Assembly (NCBI RefSeq): GCF_947568905.1
Contig: NC_079164.1
Span: 109,306,001 to 109,370,000, forward strand
Length of the DNA: 64,000 bases
Direction of reading: 5' to 3'
Source of the DNA: Ostrea edulis
Taxonomy: Eukaryota
Shown here piece by piece: positions 1-12,682 of this stretch (position 1 is its first letter; the number at the start of each line of letters is the position of its first letter). The position numbers were made by a program, and so were the translations under genes. The notes beneath the pieces are model-generated. The model was not told the DNA's origin and searched no databases. It worked only from the letters and a program-made list of their open reading frames with translations.

Positions 1-907
1 CGTGTGATGCATGTCTGCGAATATTCTCGAGACCATTCGGATGATCCCGAGACTTAGCAATGTCTTTGCGAACCAATCACACGGCGCATACAACAAACGA
101 AACCGGGACCCCCTGTTTGTTTACAAATTTTTGTTTCATACCTTGTGTATTTTATAGACCGGAAATTCACACATTTCAGAGAAATTATTGCCACCAAATT
201 TTTTTTTATAAATAAATAAATAAAAAAATAAAAAAGAATAGGGGGGGGGGGGTAGTGATATTCATACTTCAGTTGCCTGTGGTCTTACCCCGGATGTTTT
301 AGTAGTTATATTTCATTAATATTTGTTTATCACATTTCTGCAATTATAACCCCCTCCCCCACCCCCACCCCCAGTTAGAATGAAACCACTTTTTTAAAAT
401 TCCTATTCCCTACCCAATATAAATGCGGCTTTGGATATTGTTTGATATCCTAACAATAAGATTGATTAAGCATTCCACTTGTTATATGAATGCTCGTCCT
501 TCTTTCTGTGGGACATCACTTTGATGGTTGATCCGATACGAAAGAGTGTAAAAATAAAACCGGAACAAGGTGACAGTTTGAACCCGTTTATGAATAGCTA
601 GGCAAATGTTTTGAAGAGTACGTTTTGTACGGAAGTTTGATTATAATTTTATTCAAAATATTATAAGTAATAATAAGTAAATAAATAATAAAAAGACTAA
701 GGATTTACATGTCTTGTTGAATATCCAGCTGTCCTCTTTCACCCATTCTCAATGATGTCGCTCCATTATTACTTGAGAGAATTAACCTCCGAGCTATATT
801 TTCATCAACAATATGAATATCTTTATATGATTAAAAAAGAAAATACAATAGAATTGGTTTGGAAGGACATTTAACTGGTTTCAAATTAGAAAATAGTAGC
901 GTATTTG

Positions 908-3900
908 AAATGTACGTTACTGTCTCCGAGTAATACTTTACGTCTGATCATGTCTACGAAATCCCCGTTTATGAATTTTAGGTTAAAATGTCCTGATAAA
1001 ACAAACCAAAATATCGTATAGATGGCATTGCTCATTGTTTCTATCCGTCCTTGTGATAATAAATGATTTATCTAGTATAATGTACCTGTCGCATATTCTA
1101 TTTTCGCCCAATTTTTTAATAATCGCAAAGATTAGAGACCCGACTTGTCGTTTTCTGTAGGTACATTGATATGCTAATTGTATCTTACCTAAACGTTGAT
1201 ATACTTTCTGTCTCATTAAGTTTAGCAATTTGTTTTCAAATTCTTGACTGAAAATTGATATTTCATAACGTAGAGATAAGAAAGAAATGTACGTTACCCT
1301 AGTTTTTTCCGTATTCAATATGCCGAGTGAAAAATGTCAAACACCCCCGAGTTATTGACTATGTGCATCTTGGACAAAAATAATTTAAAGTTGCTTTATC
1401 ACTTTAAATACTTTCTTTTAAGTAAAAAATTCCTGGTAAAAAATGTACGTTACCGAAATGTACGTTACTATAAAATTCGGAACTATGATATTACGTTCTT
1501 GTGTAACGTATTTACATTAACTTCTGGGATCGTACCTGGTCAATTCCAGGGTTTGGGGTATTCAACAATAACTAATTTAAACTAATTGGTATGATTTTAG
1601 TGGACTGCCAAAATATACAAATATGTCCTAACCTTATCTAGGTAAATTATCATCAAACAGAGAATCACTATATCAATCAGAGGCAAGCAACGATAACGGG
1701 TAGTGCTAACTTAACAAAATGTAGAGCCCAGTCGCCCTCGGATTACCCCATATACTGTAGGACGCCTTATTCAGGACGGACAGTATATGTGGTAGCCCTT
1801 CAACCACTACACTCACTGTAGGATGCCTTATTCAGGACGGACAATGAGTATAGCGGCCTGGACGACGGTCTGTTCAGCCAATGCGGACGACACCAAAGAA
1901 AACAAACTATGGCTAGCCTCTTTACTGGAGGTCAACCTCTTCGTGGCAGGTCATACTTCTGATGGCCTTCCAAATTCACTCTCTAACTGTAAGAACAGGC
2001 GAGGAATTGTTTACTATGAATACTTTATTAACACCCATACTCTCGTCCTCTCAACTTGGCTGGATCTTCTATCTGAATGACACTGACGACTGCGTAGTCT
2101 CGGTATTTATACACAAATGAGATCACGTGATGTAAAGTAACTAATTGAGAACTCCGCATGGTCGTACCTCAAATATCCGGAATCATTACACTTGTTTTCA
2201 TATTTTACAAATTCTAATAGTTACACGAATGACGATTTTGAAGGTTAAATATCGTCTAAGCGTCAGAAGTAAAAGAAAACTAAAGTTTCTCCTGTGCACG
2301 AGGCTGGTATGACGGGTTTTCATCTGCAATGTGATTTTGAATATCGTGCACTGGTTTATAAATATTAAACATGTGTGATGCACTTCTTGAACAATCCATG
2401 TTAAGGTATAAACCAGTGCATTACGTCTGTAACATATGGTAATTGTGGAGTATTGATTTGAAGAAATGAAATGTACGTTATGTATAGGTAACGTACATTT
2501 TGCATATTTCCAGCTCACATTTTTAGAAAATTAATCAAAGAATTAGTGACAACATCAATACCAAATATTATATTAGAATTGTCTTAACAATACTGCACAC
2601 TAAAAGAACATTTCAACGGCATAATTATCCTACATCACTATGTTAAAATGACTGATTATAAACATTAGCTAAATATGTTACATGCGATGTTCTATTACTA
2701 TTTTTTCACATTTTATGAACATAATTTTGTTATATTGATAATCCTTGACAATTATTTCATATTACCGTGTATGGATAAAATAAATGTGCTCTATTAAGAG
2801 GTCACTGCTGCAATGAAATTGGAAAAACCAGTACATCCATAACGGTAACGTGCATTTCAATAATTGAAATGTACAAATGATTCCGTTTTAGCCTTGTCTT
2901 CTTTCATCAAATTAAATATGTGTAAGACTTCCACACCGTACCACTGCCAGAACTTATTAATTTGTCCCTATATCTCTTATATATGTTTCTTACTTAAAAA
3001 AAAAACAACAAACAAATAACAAACGAAAAACCCCGCAGATACGATGTTTACTGTCTTGGAAAAGCGACAAATAAGAACATTACTTGAAAATGTTTCTTTG
3101 ATGAAGATATTAATGGTGTTATATAAAGTAATTTCGAATATTTCCAATCCTTAACGGAATTGGAATAAAAAATCTATACAGTATAGGAAAATTTTATCAG
3201 GTTTAAATTAACTGTGGAGTTAAAACTAAAACACTATTTTGTCAAACACAAAGAAAATGATTTAATAGTATATGCATTTATTCCAGCTTATATTACGATG
3301 TCCTTCCTCAAAGCTACATTAAGTTTAAAAGGAACAACTATGCTTTTGGGGCTATTTATTTTAAAAACAAAACAATATGCATCACTACTGTAGTTGTCAG
3401 TAGATTAGAGTGAGAGATGGGGGACAAGCAGGGGGTCCTCGTTTGTTTCAGCAGATATTCAAGTTTTCGTGGGTATCCACTACGATTAATTGCCGATTTT
3501 ACTGGAAATTCTCTGCAACTTTTAAATCTATATTTGAAAAAAAAATAATTGTCTTCTTCTACTGATAGTGAAAATCGTGTTTCCATATGCAATGTCCACA
3601 CGTTGTGCTTTAACTTTCTTCGTTAAAATCTTCGAAATGTATGTTACCAAACATTCAATTTTGAAAAAGAAAAACCACCAAAATATTACTATCAACATTA
3701 TAATTTCTTAATACTGTCTGGAAACATTTCTTCAAACGGATTTTTATTTCTTTACAGTTGATTTATTGACATTTATTTGTGTGTTATTGAAAGTTGGAAA
3801 TGTACGTTACCAAATCACATTTCGCATGTTTTTTTTATATTTAAATTATATATTCTTTTGGGTTTGCGGTAGTTTTGAACACGCTTCCTTTCAATAAGAT

Positions 3901-4054
3901 AGTGTTTACAAATATATTGAAACAAACATTAATGATGCTTTCAGTTTTTCTTACTGACAATAATCATGAAATGTACGTTACATTTATACCAGGTATCTAA
4001 ATTGCCAATTGTTAATAGGGACGGACCGACTGTGGGACGGAACGACCTGCTACC
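908..4054. repeat. Decayed repeat region carrying the recurrent motif AAATGTACGTTAC; probably a degenerate ~165-bp satellite inside a Helentron-like element
   Basis: Motif at 908, 1285, 1441, 1456, 2469, 3635 (1 mismatch), 3798 and 3969; inverted copies at 2488 and 2845. The last three spacings are 163 and 171 bp. Region ends in GGGACGGACCGACTGTGGGACGGAACGACC (~4018-4048). Family call is from recall. Confidence 0.45.
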
Positions 4055-4940
4055 GTAAATTTCATATCCCGGAATTTTACAAGTTGTACCGTAACCTTAT
4101 TTGAGAGTTCAAATTACATTTTCGCGCCATGCTAGAGTTGCAAGAGCACGAGCCAGTTGAAAGAGCGTGGACCCTGTGTGGCCTGCATGAGCTGCGGAGA
4201 AAAGGCTGACAATGCACCAGTGCTGAATTAGAGGTGGGCATGCATATTTTTATAAAGTGCACAAAGCTACCATATTGAAGCAATGCATTGAACATCGACT
4301 TCATTTTGTCTACTATAGGAGATGTCAACACACAAACACAGCGCCATTTGTCCAATGATTTGATCCGAGCAGAACGAGAAGATGCTATTATCGTACATGC
4401 AACTACTGGCGGTCGGCAGATAAGTATACCATTTATTGCAAGTTATTTAGGTATTACTTTTCAGACTACATGTGGACATTGATGAGCCAGGCCTGGTGGA
4501 CTGCAATTCTTCATTTAATTCTGTAATCTGGAGAAGTGGACAGGCCTGACATGGCTGGACACATGACTGTCGATCTGCAGTGGTAACACAACGCATCATT
4601 CAGCCTTATTTAAGTTTAAAGCAACATTTTTGTCAGATGAATTTTGTTTATAATATGTGAGATAATTATTTATAGTACAATCTTTTGATTTAGTTGCATG
4701 CAGCTTTATTAAGCTGTAAAAAGCTCAATTTCATGGTTCATGGAATTGAATATAAACAGTTTACACAGGCTATTAAATCAAATAATCTTTAAAGATGGAC
4801 TTGGTATAACAATATACAACATTAGCTTTAAAGAGCTATTAACCGACTTGTAACATAAAATTGCACAGCTTCTCCCTATGAAAAAAAATGCGAGTATTGC
4901 TCTAGCCCCTTGAGTAAATTTCATATCCCGGAATTTTACA
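4055..4940 (+). repeat. Pair of identical 27-bp direct repeats bracketing ~830 bp
   Basis: GTAAATTTCATATCCCGGAATTTTACA at 4055-4081 and 4914-4940. Confidence 0.85.
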
Positions 4941-5808
4941 TGTGCTGATCGATGTCTGTTTAACAGTCTGATAGAGCACAGTATCTCTAAAGATCCCTTT
5001 TACCATTAAGAAAAGTTCCAAGTCTTGCTGTTTAGCAGTACTTAACATTCGGAAGTGTCTATCCTAGAACCTAGCAAAGTCTGTCAACTTTGTGAGATGA
5101 TGTCCAGCATGGTCCTTTCAACTGTCTATGAAATATGTGAACATTAGAATGGTAACACAAAGTATAAAATGATATTATAAACACTTGATACTACAAATAT
5201 GCGAAAAGAAAAAAAATTATTAAATAAATATGAATTTTTGTAATATTCCCATGAATATGTAATTCTTTTAAGAAAGAGAAGTTTTGTAGTTTAAATTGAT
5301 AATGGGTTTATTCTATAAAAAACAAAACAAATTTACCAAATACTGAGATTTATATTACCAATTTAAATTGTGAACTAGTCTAGCATCCTTGTCTCAACTG
5401 GTAATAATTTTAACCAGTAATTTAAGTGACTAGTAAATTTAACTAGTAATGAATTCAAGAGACTGGTAAAGTCAACCAGTAATACATTTAAAAGACTGGA
5501 AAATTTAACCACTGGCAGTAATAAGGATAAGAAAAGGGGTTATATTGGCCAGTAATATCAAACTACTATAATTTAATTCTTATTGTATCCTTGTCTCTGA
5601 TTGGTCAAATTCCAATTGAGGAACGCAGGTTATTTTTGTATAACCTGGTTTGGTATGGGGACACACCCCCTTGACAACCAAAAGCAGGACTATTTTTTTC
5701 TCTCTCTCTAAATTTACATACAGAACTGTTTTCAGCCTTCTGTGGAATAGAAAGTTTATAAAAATGCTTGATAATTTGCTCATACTTGTGAACATTCCTT
5801 ATGGATGA

Positions 5809-6205
5809 CAGTCTATGCGAAAGTTTTTTGGACCACGCAGGACATTCGGTCCTGTGTAATCAATGAACACACCGGACCGAACCAAATTTTGTCAGACCGT
5901 AAAACCTAATGTAAAAAAGTGAAACACGTGAAAATGCAAAACAAAGGAAATCTTATTTATTATACTAGTAATACTATACCAGGGATCCTTTCCATGCGGT
6001 TTAATCATATTCATTTACGTATTTGAATTTGTGTGATACTTTTTACTTATAACAAACATTTAAATGACTCCGCGTCAAAATAATAAAGCTTAAAACCGGA
6101 TACTGAGACATCGGACATTCCGGTGCGGTGTAAAAAATGACACATCGGACCTGAGGCACTGCACATCGGTCAGGTCCGACGGTCCGATGTCTTTCGCATA
6201 GACTG
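5809..6205. mobile_element. MITE (397 bp) with 15-bp perfect TIR and 6-bp flanking direct repeat
   Basis: CAGTCTATGCGAAAG (5809-5823) / CTTTCGCATAGACTG (6191-6205); GGATGA on both flanks (5803-5808, 6206-6211). Confidence 0.8.
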
Positions 6206-6284
6206 GGATGAAATAAATCTGTATTTACATATAGTTCTAAAAAAAAATGTATTTACACAGAAAATCACTGATAAACTGTTATTT

Positions 6285-6800
6285 AATCCACATTTTGGTT
6301 CCATTTCTTGAAGCAGTCATTGTCCTCACAAAGGAAGACCACACTGGTTGCTTTTGACAATCACTTCATGTCTTCTTTTGTTTTTTTTGTGTGCACTGAC
6401 TCCTTTTCTCTATTTTTAATTGGCCAGTGTGAATTTTCACAGTTGATGACATTGGACTGAATTTTCCTCCTCCTACTCTCTCTATATCCACCAATGAGAA
6501 GTTTTGTCAGCTCCGTTCTAAAGCTGAGCTTGGTCCTTGGTAATTCTCTTCCACTTTTGGCGACAATTTTGTTATTTTTGGACTCTTTCACAGAGATGAA
6601 ACTGTTTACAATCGCTATGTCCACACAAAAGCAAAATATATATTTCCACCATTTGAGGGCTTTACGATGTGTCCTGTAGATCATTCGGAGTTGGTCGGCT
6701 TGATCAACCCCAAATGTGTAACGATTGTATATCTGTCCAACCGAAAGACAAGGAACTTCTTTGATCATGCCATCTTCCTGTTTTCTTTGAACAACCAATG
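6285..6800 (-). pseudogene. piggyBac transposase 3' fragment (third-Asp region to cysteine-rich domain)
   Basis: ORF 6361..6798: YNRYTFGVDQADQLR...KWWKYIFCF...AIVNSF. A frameshifted CRD follows (...RHEV...NQCGLPLCEDNDCFKKW). Clearly similar to the intact element at 23.1-24.8 kb. No termini found. Confidence 0.85.
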
Positions 6801-7214
6801 TTTTTTTTTTTTATATAATTTTTTATTTTTGTGCACATACCGGTATATCAGATATATAATAATATTATATCCAGAGAAGAAAAAAACAACAAAAAAAGAA
6901 CAAAAGAAACAAAGCATATGAGCTGAAGGTATGTGGGATTTGAGAGAGAAAGAAGAAGAGGAAGAGAGAGAAGTTGAGAAAACAGAATTGTGATTGAGAT
7001 GGACCAAATTGTCTATGCCGATTTTCCAGATTTTAAGCACTAAAGTTATCCCAAAGGACCTTACAAGTTACATGATCAGTCGATGTATGATAAATGTTAT
7101 GAGGAAAAGAGGATATTGTTATGGAAATGGAAAGAAAATATACTTTCTAAGTACATTAGAAGTTAGCTGCAATAATGTAGCCCTCTCTGATTTGATTTTT
7201 TTTTTTTTTTTTTA

Positions 7215-7947
7215 GGGAGAGGGCTACAACTCCTTAGGATCTCCGTAATGGTGCAAATGCGGGAGTGATTCACTCCCGCAACATTTGCGCTCATTCTAAA
7301 CATTTCCTGACTTTCTTTACGTAAATAAAATGATATTCTATGTTTCTTAGTCAATATATAAATTTACAACCTGCAACTTTAGATTTGTGAGGCTCTATTC
7401 TACCGTTTTCAACAATTTTGATAAATTCCAATTTCTCGATTCATATTTGTGCGCCATGTTTGATGTACTGAAGTTTCAACTTCCGGTTGTCAAGTCATTT
7501 GCATATGCCATATAAGGTAGTATTTACATCAATGGACAAGTATGGAGGCGAAAGCTATTTTGTCGGTATTGAAAAAGGTTTGAATTTAATATCAAGTTAA
7601 AAACCGAACAGCAGAGTGTAAATTCTTTCTGCAACAATATGATTTTCCTTTATTTGTCGAAGTGGCTCGAGTAACTACATTTTCGCGCTGATTGTCAATG
7701 TTTAGGCTTTTCATTATATCCACCTACGAGATCTCGCGATAACAAGCATGGCGGAGCAGACGAAGAATTTTGCATGCTGTACATTATATTTAATGAAAAA
7801 CACCTTTATTAGACATGCCCGAGCACAAAGTTGGTACTCCTTTTGGTGTAAACAACATTTGGAACTAATACACAGAGTTTATTATCGTTTATTCATGAAA
7901 TTATTTTGCACCATTACGGAGATCCTATGGAATTGTAGCCCTATCCC
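7215..7947. mobile_element. Non-autonomous DNA-transposon-like element with ~43-bp imperfect TIR
   Basis: GGGAGAGGGCTACAACTCCTTAGGATCTCCGTAATGGTGCAAA (7215-7257) vs reverse complement of 7905-7947 GGGATAGGGCTACAATTCCATAGGATCTCCGTAATGGTGCAAA (3 mismatches). No TSD identified. Confidence 0.7.
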
Positions 7948-8175
7948 GAAAACGTCAGAATAAAAAAAAAATTGGATAGGGCTACATTATTGCAGCTAAT
8001 TAGAAGTAAATGAAAATGTTTTTTGTGATATTTCTTTTCAATGTTGCAGTCTATGCCAATTCGATGAGGTCTATGTCATCTTGTTTTGGCATAGACTCGT
8101 GGTCTATACCAAGTTTAAAATCAATTTCAAACACTGAAGTCACTGTCATTTTTCTAGTGATCCTGAAAACTCCCT

Positions 8176-8236
8176 TGTTTTTATGCCTCCGAGATAGAAG
8201 TGTTTTTGTCCTGTCTGTAATTGTCATTCTGTCTGG

Positions 8237-8268
<32 letters not shown>

Positions 8269-8269
8269 A

Positions 8270-8303
<34 letters not shown>

Positions 8304-8340
8304 ATATTAGGGGAACATACCTGGTTGACCTCTGGTGTAA
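8176..8340 (+). mobile_element. Helitron/Helentron-like non-autonomous element, 5' fragment
   Basis: TTTTTATGCCTCCGAG...GTCCTGTCTG...AACTTTAACCTTGCTAATAACTTTTGAACAGTAAG; near-identical to 18440-18545. Confidence 0.65.
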
Positions 8341-8359
8341 GCATACAGAATCTGAATTA

Positions 8360-8470
8360 CCTGCAGGGATTGACATTAACGGTTGTCCGATGGCCTGAGG
8401 CAAGTGAAAACCCAGTTTGGACAAGTGAAACTCAATGCACACTTGCCCTATGGGGCAAGTGATTATTTTA
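8360..8470 (+). repeat. Dispersed repeat (transposon-end-like); inverted copy at ~39645-39755
   Basis: GCAGGGATTGACATTAACGGTTGTCCGAT...CACTTGCCCTATGGGGCAAGTGATT matches the reverse complement of 39645-39755 (AATCACTTGCCCCATCGGGCAAGTG...ATCGGACAACCGTTAATGTTGATCCCTGC). Confidence 0.7.
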
Positions 8471-9914
8471 GTATTAAATGTGATTAAATTGATTGTGTTA
8501 GGTTGATGAATATTAGATATTAGAAAATAATGTCTAGCTACTTTTTGATTTGTTCTTTACGGAATTGATTGTTTAGGCCCCTTTTTAGTAGATCATAACA
8601 TATTTTATCAGTAAGTCGTTTCTAATAACATAACTATCTGACATACAACTTATCTTGGAGAAAATGGGGGCTTCACAACCGTATCTCTAATATTTAGAAA
8701 GAAGGCAATGTTGAGAAGAAAAATAAATTGTAGATCGCTACACAAGGATCTGAAGTAACCCAATAGAGGGTCATGTCCATATAACCTTTCGTTTGGAATA
8801 TTAATGAGAACTATCAGCGAATTAGATTGCGCCATACAGATAACGGCACACGTACTCGCTAATTCTGTACTTCTGCTTTGGATTTCATCATTGTTTTGTT
8901 CTGGCTCATCGCCTTTGTCAAGTGTCGATCAGCTAAGATGCGCTTGCATTTCGATTTTGATTTCTGATCAATTTGTTTCCTGTAATACTTCGCATTGTGC
9001 GACTTTTTTTTTTTCATCAGTTCGTACGCGATTTCGTACTGGTCATGTTTTCCTTGCGAGAACACAAAACACGCTGTAACATGTACATAATGTAATACCT
9101 AAATTCTTAAAAGTTAAATTAATGGTTTAGAACATATTCAGGCCAATACCTATTTTTCAGTCAAAACTCGGCGTAATGTTTTATATCTGTTAAACGAATT
9201 CTCCTAGTACAATTTGCTGTATTATCAGGACCACTCAAACGCTTCAAATAAAACGCATCTCGGTCATTTAGACGCCGAGAAGATAAACACGATACACCGA
9301 AAAGATAAACACGATACAGGGTGTGTTTTTTTTTTATTTCTTTTTTTCCCGAGTTCGAGGGTTGTTCGAGTTGGGAATTTTTTACTTATAAATTGGGAAA
9401 AAAGGGCACTTTCTGGGATGGGAATGGGGCCGAATATCGGACCCAATTCAGGTAGATTGACGGCATTGATGATCAATTGAATGGGTACTGGTACCAGTAG
9501 CAGTGGGTAGAAAAAAATCGCTGAAATAAAAGTCGTCAACATCATTGACCAAACAAAATCGGAAATCACTTCAAATTTTATTTTCTGTATGTCAAACCCG
9601 ATCAAACATAAGTAAACAAAATGGCGAGAGATATGAAGGACGGTAACAGCGACATTCAGCAGTCAAATAAATGAGTCTTATCTCTGTGAGATTATAGATA
9701 AATTCCATTACTTGATATATTGAAATTCTGATTTATTCACCTGTGAACAAAATGAAACAAAGAAGTCTAATGTTGTTTCCATACATTTAATGATTCTGTT
9801 ATTTATTTTGAGGGGAAAACACTTAAATGCCAATTCCGATTATCGATTACATGTGTCCGATTATTGCCAATAATCGATTATGGTTTTTGGTCCGATTGCC
9901 CATCACTATGTAAT

Positions 9915-10178
9915 AGAATCCGGTTAGAATAGGTCCTCAGTACCCCTTGCATGATGTAAGAGGTGACTAAATGGGGAGGTCCTTTGGATGAGACCGCAAA
10001 AACCGATGTCCCGTGTTGCAGTAGTCGTGGCACGATAATTAAGGATCCCACCCTGCTCAAAGGCTGTAAGCGCCAAGCATAATCCTAAATTTTGCAGCCC
10101 TTCACTGGTAGTGGTGACATCTCCATACGAGTGAAAAATTCTCAAGCGGGATGTTTAACAACATTCAATCAATCAATT
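9915..10178 (+). mobile_element. SINE-like element (5'-truncated) with (CAAT)n tail
   Basis: GATGTAAGAGGTGACTAAATGGGG...AAAACCGATGTCCCGTG...TTTTGCAGCCCTTCAC...CAATCAATCAAT resembles mollusc tRNA-derived SINE bodies (recall). A related fragment lies at ~55022-55070. No intact A/B-box head visible. Confidence 0.55.
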
Positions 10179-10396
10179 AATGGACTTGGTCGATAAAAAA
10201 ATTTCTAATTTAAAGCTACTTTGTAATTTAATACTTAGAATATTTGCTAAAATAAAAAAAGTACTCCAAATTTGGTGCAACAGACTGTGCCAATCTTTCT
10301 TTCAGTTACCTTCAGGATTCTGTTGATGTGGACTTTGATTTGCTCTTTCATAACATGACGCAATGATGTAACATTATCTCCTGTACCATACATTAA

Positions 10397-12659
10397 CTCT
10401 TTCCCCTCAGGGCTATAAAGATAACACTGGTTTATATACTATGTACTGTTTGGCTGCTGTAGCCTTATCTCCTCACAGATCTGCAGTACTGATAAGACTC
10501 ATTTCCTCAGGCAGTTTCAGAAATAAACAAATAAATGATGGTGCATCTAGTTTTAATGCTATATATTCATAATTATTTGATAAATGTATAGTAAACTATA
10601 TATTTTCTTTTTCAGAATAACCTCACCTTCAAATTGATGTTATTAAAAGTCCATTTTTCAAATTACACACAGAGATACTTTAATGTAAATTTGTCAACAC
10701 ATTTGAAAAACACAGATATATTTCATATTTAAATGCCATACAAAATCAAATTTAATCCAAGTCTTTTCATTTTCATTGTCAATTATGGTATGTAAAGTGG
10801 CATCCATCTTTACACAAATGTACATTACATACTTTGCACCCATAAACAGTTTCTTTTCTTTCCTTTCTGCTGGTGTGAACATGGCACCTACGTTTTGAAC
10901 CCATGTGGGTAGATTCATGTCCAGCAAAGTTTTGAGGGTCAACAACAGCATCTGCACCTTGTGTAGATTTCCTTTTTCTTCCACAAAGCTAGCTATCAGA
11001 TGGTGTGCCAATTCCATCCTAAAATCCACATGAGTGAATCTTTTTTGTGAATTTCTCCTTTGGGATGAGCTTGTAAACATGATAAATGCGTTTACAATTG
11101 CACAGTTCATCATGAAATGAAATATATACTTCCAAGCTTTTTTGCTGTCTCTTTCCAAAGGATATTTCATCGTAAGCTGGTCGTGTCTGTCCACACCGTT
11201 CATATATTTGTTATACTCATTTGCAGCATGAGGTTGGGTCAATTGCAAGACTTGCCTTCCATTTTGTCTTGTCATTGGCACTTGTAGACGTGGATAACTG
11301 AGGGTACTTAGAAACGCAACTGGCTTTTTATCCTGCCACACAGAGGCTGTCAGATTCCCTTTTTGACGGATTTTTGATTCGCCTCTCTGCATGCGTAAGC
11401 GGCCTTTCAGGTCATTTGGAAAACCTCGACGATTCGTCCGTACTGTCCCACAAGGGTAAATTTTCTGGGCTAGGAGGTCTTCCATGAGTTTCACACTGGT
11501 GAAGTAATTATCAAAGTAAACATGATAATTTTTGAAACATCAGCTGATTTCCCCAAGTATATGTTAAAGTCTGTCAAAAATGCACTCTCGGAGTCGCAGC
11601 AAACTTTGATGCCACGTTTGATTGGTTTGGCAGGCAAGTACTGTTTGTATGATAGCCTGCCAGTCCGCTTGATCATCGCTTCATCAATGGCCATATTTTG
11701 GTGTGGTCTATAGTTGTTTTTGAAATTCCCATGGGCCATTGTCAAAACTTCACGAACTTTATAGAGTTTGTCAAAGTTCCGGGCACCCATGGCTGGTTCA
11801 CTGGCTCTGTCACTGAACATGAAAATATTCAGTTAATTTTTCGTACCTGCGTACCGTCGTTATAGATTTAATTCCCTCGTTTCCAAGGAATACATCTTTG
11901 GACCAGTAATCTTTGTAAGATGGTAGTTCATTGATCCCATTACAATTGTCATGCCTTCATTTCTTGCTCTGTAGTACGATACCAAACGGGATCGTCTTGC
12001 TCTTTCTGGTTCATTTTCCACGTTGCATAATTATTAGTATGTCTAACAAAGTCTGCAATCATTCCATCACTAAACATTAGATAGAAATAGTCCTTGGCAT
12101 TTGCATTTCCTGCATCAAAATTATCAGGAAAAACGGGTCCAGTCTTTTGACTAAAACGATCAACAGTGACGCGACGGAGGTCGTCACTCCATACTTCATT
12201 TTCTGTCTCAGATTCGCTTGATTCATGGTCATCTTCATCACTGCTAAATACATCCGAAAACCTTCAAACTCGCTGGAATCGTCATCTGAATCAAAATAAT
12301 CTCGCAATATATCTGCATTTGTCGGCAAGTCCGCCATGTTGGAAATCAACTTTCGTTGTTCTTACCATGCATGGGAATAAACCTATTTATTATTAGGTAC
12401 ACATACTTTGATGACACTACACACACTTTATTTTTATTGACCAATGGTATTACTTCAACATTGCACCTACTCCGAATTTGTCTACGTCATAGTCTCGATA
12501 TCATTTGATCTTAAAATAGAGAGTCATCAAAAGACGCTTGTGAGGAAATACCGAAGAGACGTCGAGAGGCGCTTCTGTGGTAATAACAGTCGGGTGTCGA
12601 GAGACTCTTGTGTGGAAATAAGGGATAGGCGTCCAGAGGCACTTGTGAGGGGGAAAGAG
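10397..12659 (-). mobile_element. Full-length but decayed piggyBac element (2263 bp)
   Basis: TTAA at 10393-10396 and 12660-12663; TIR CTCTTTCCCC(C)TCA. Frameshifted transposase from ATG 12337 to ~10779: AIDEAMI, Y(F)DNYFTS, YNKYMNGVDRHDQ; CRD CKVCNVHLCKDGCHFTYH. Confidence 0.92.
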
Positions 12660-12682
12660 TTAAAATCCTAGAACATAACTTT

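Noticed and set aside
4288-4482. Possible DIRS reverse-transcriptase fragment (YLGIT motif)
   Set aside because: Only a four- to five-residue resemblance, with no other RT motif nearby.
8650-9100. Coding-like minus-strand stretch (ORFs 8859..9065 and 8650..8835)
   Set aside because: Multiple stops and no motif I can assign; excluded from the orientation count.
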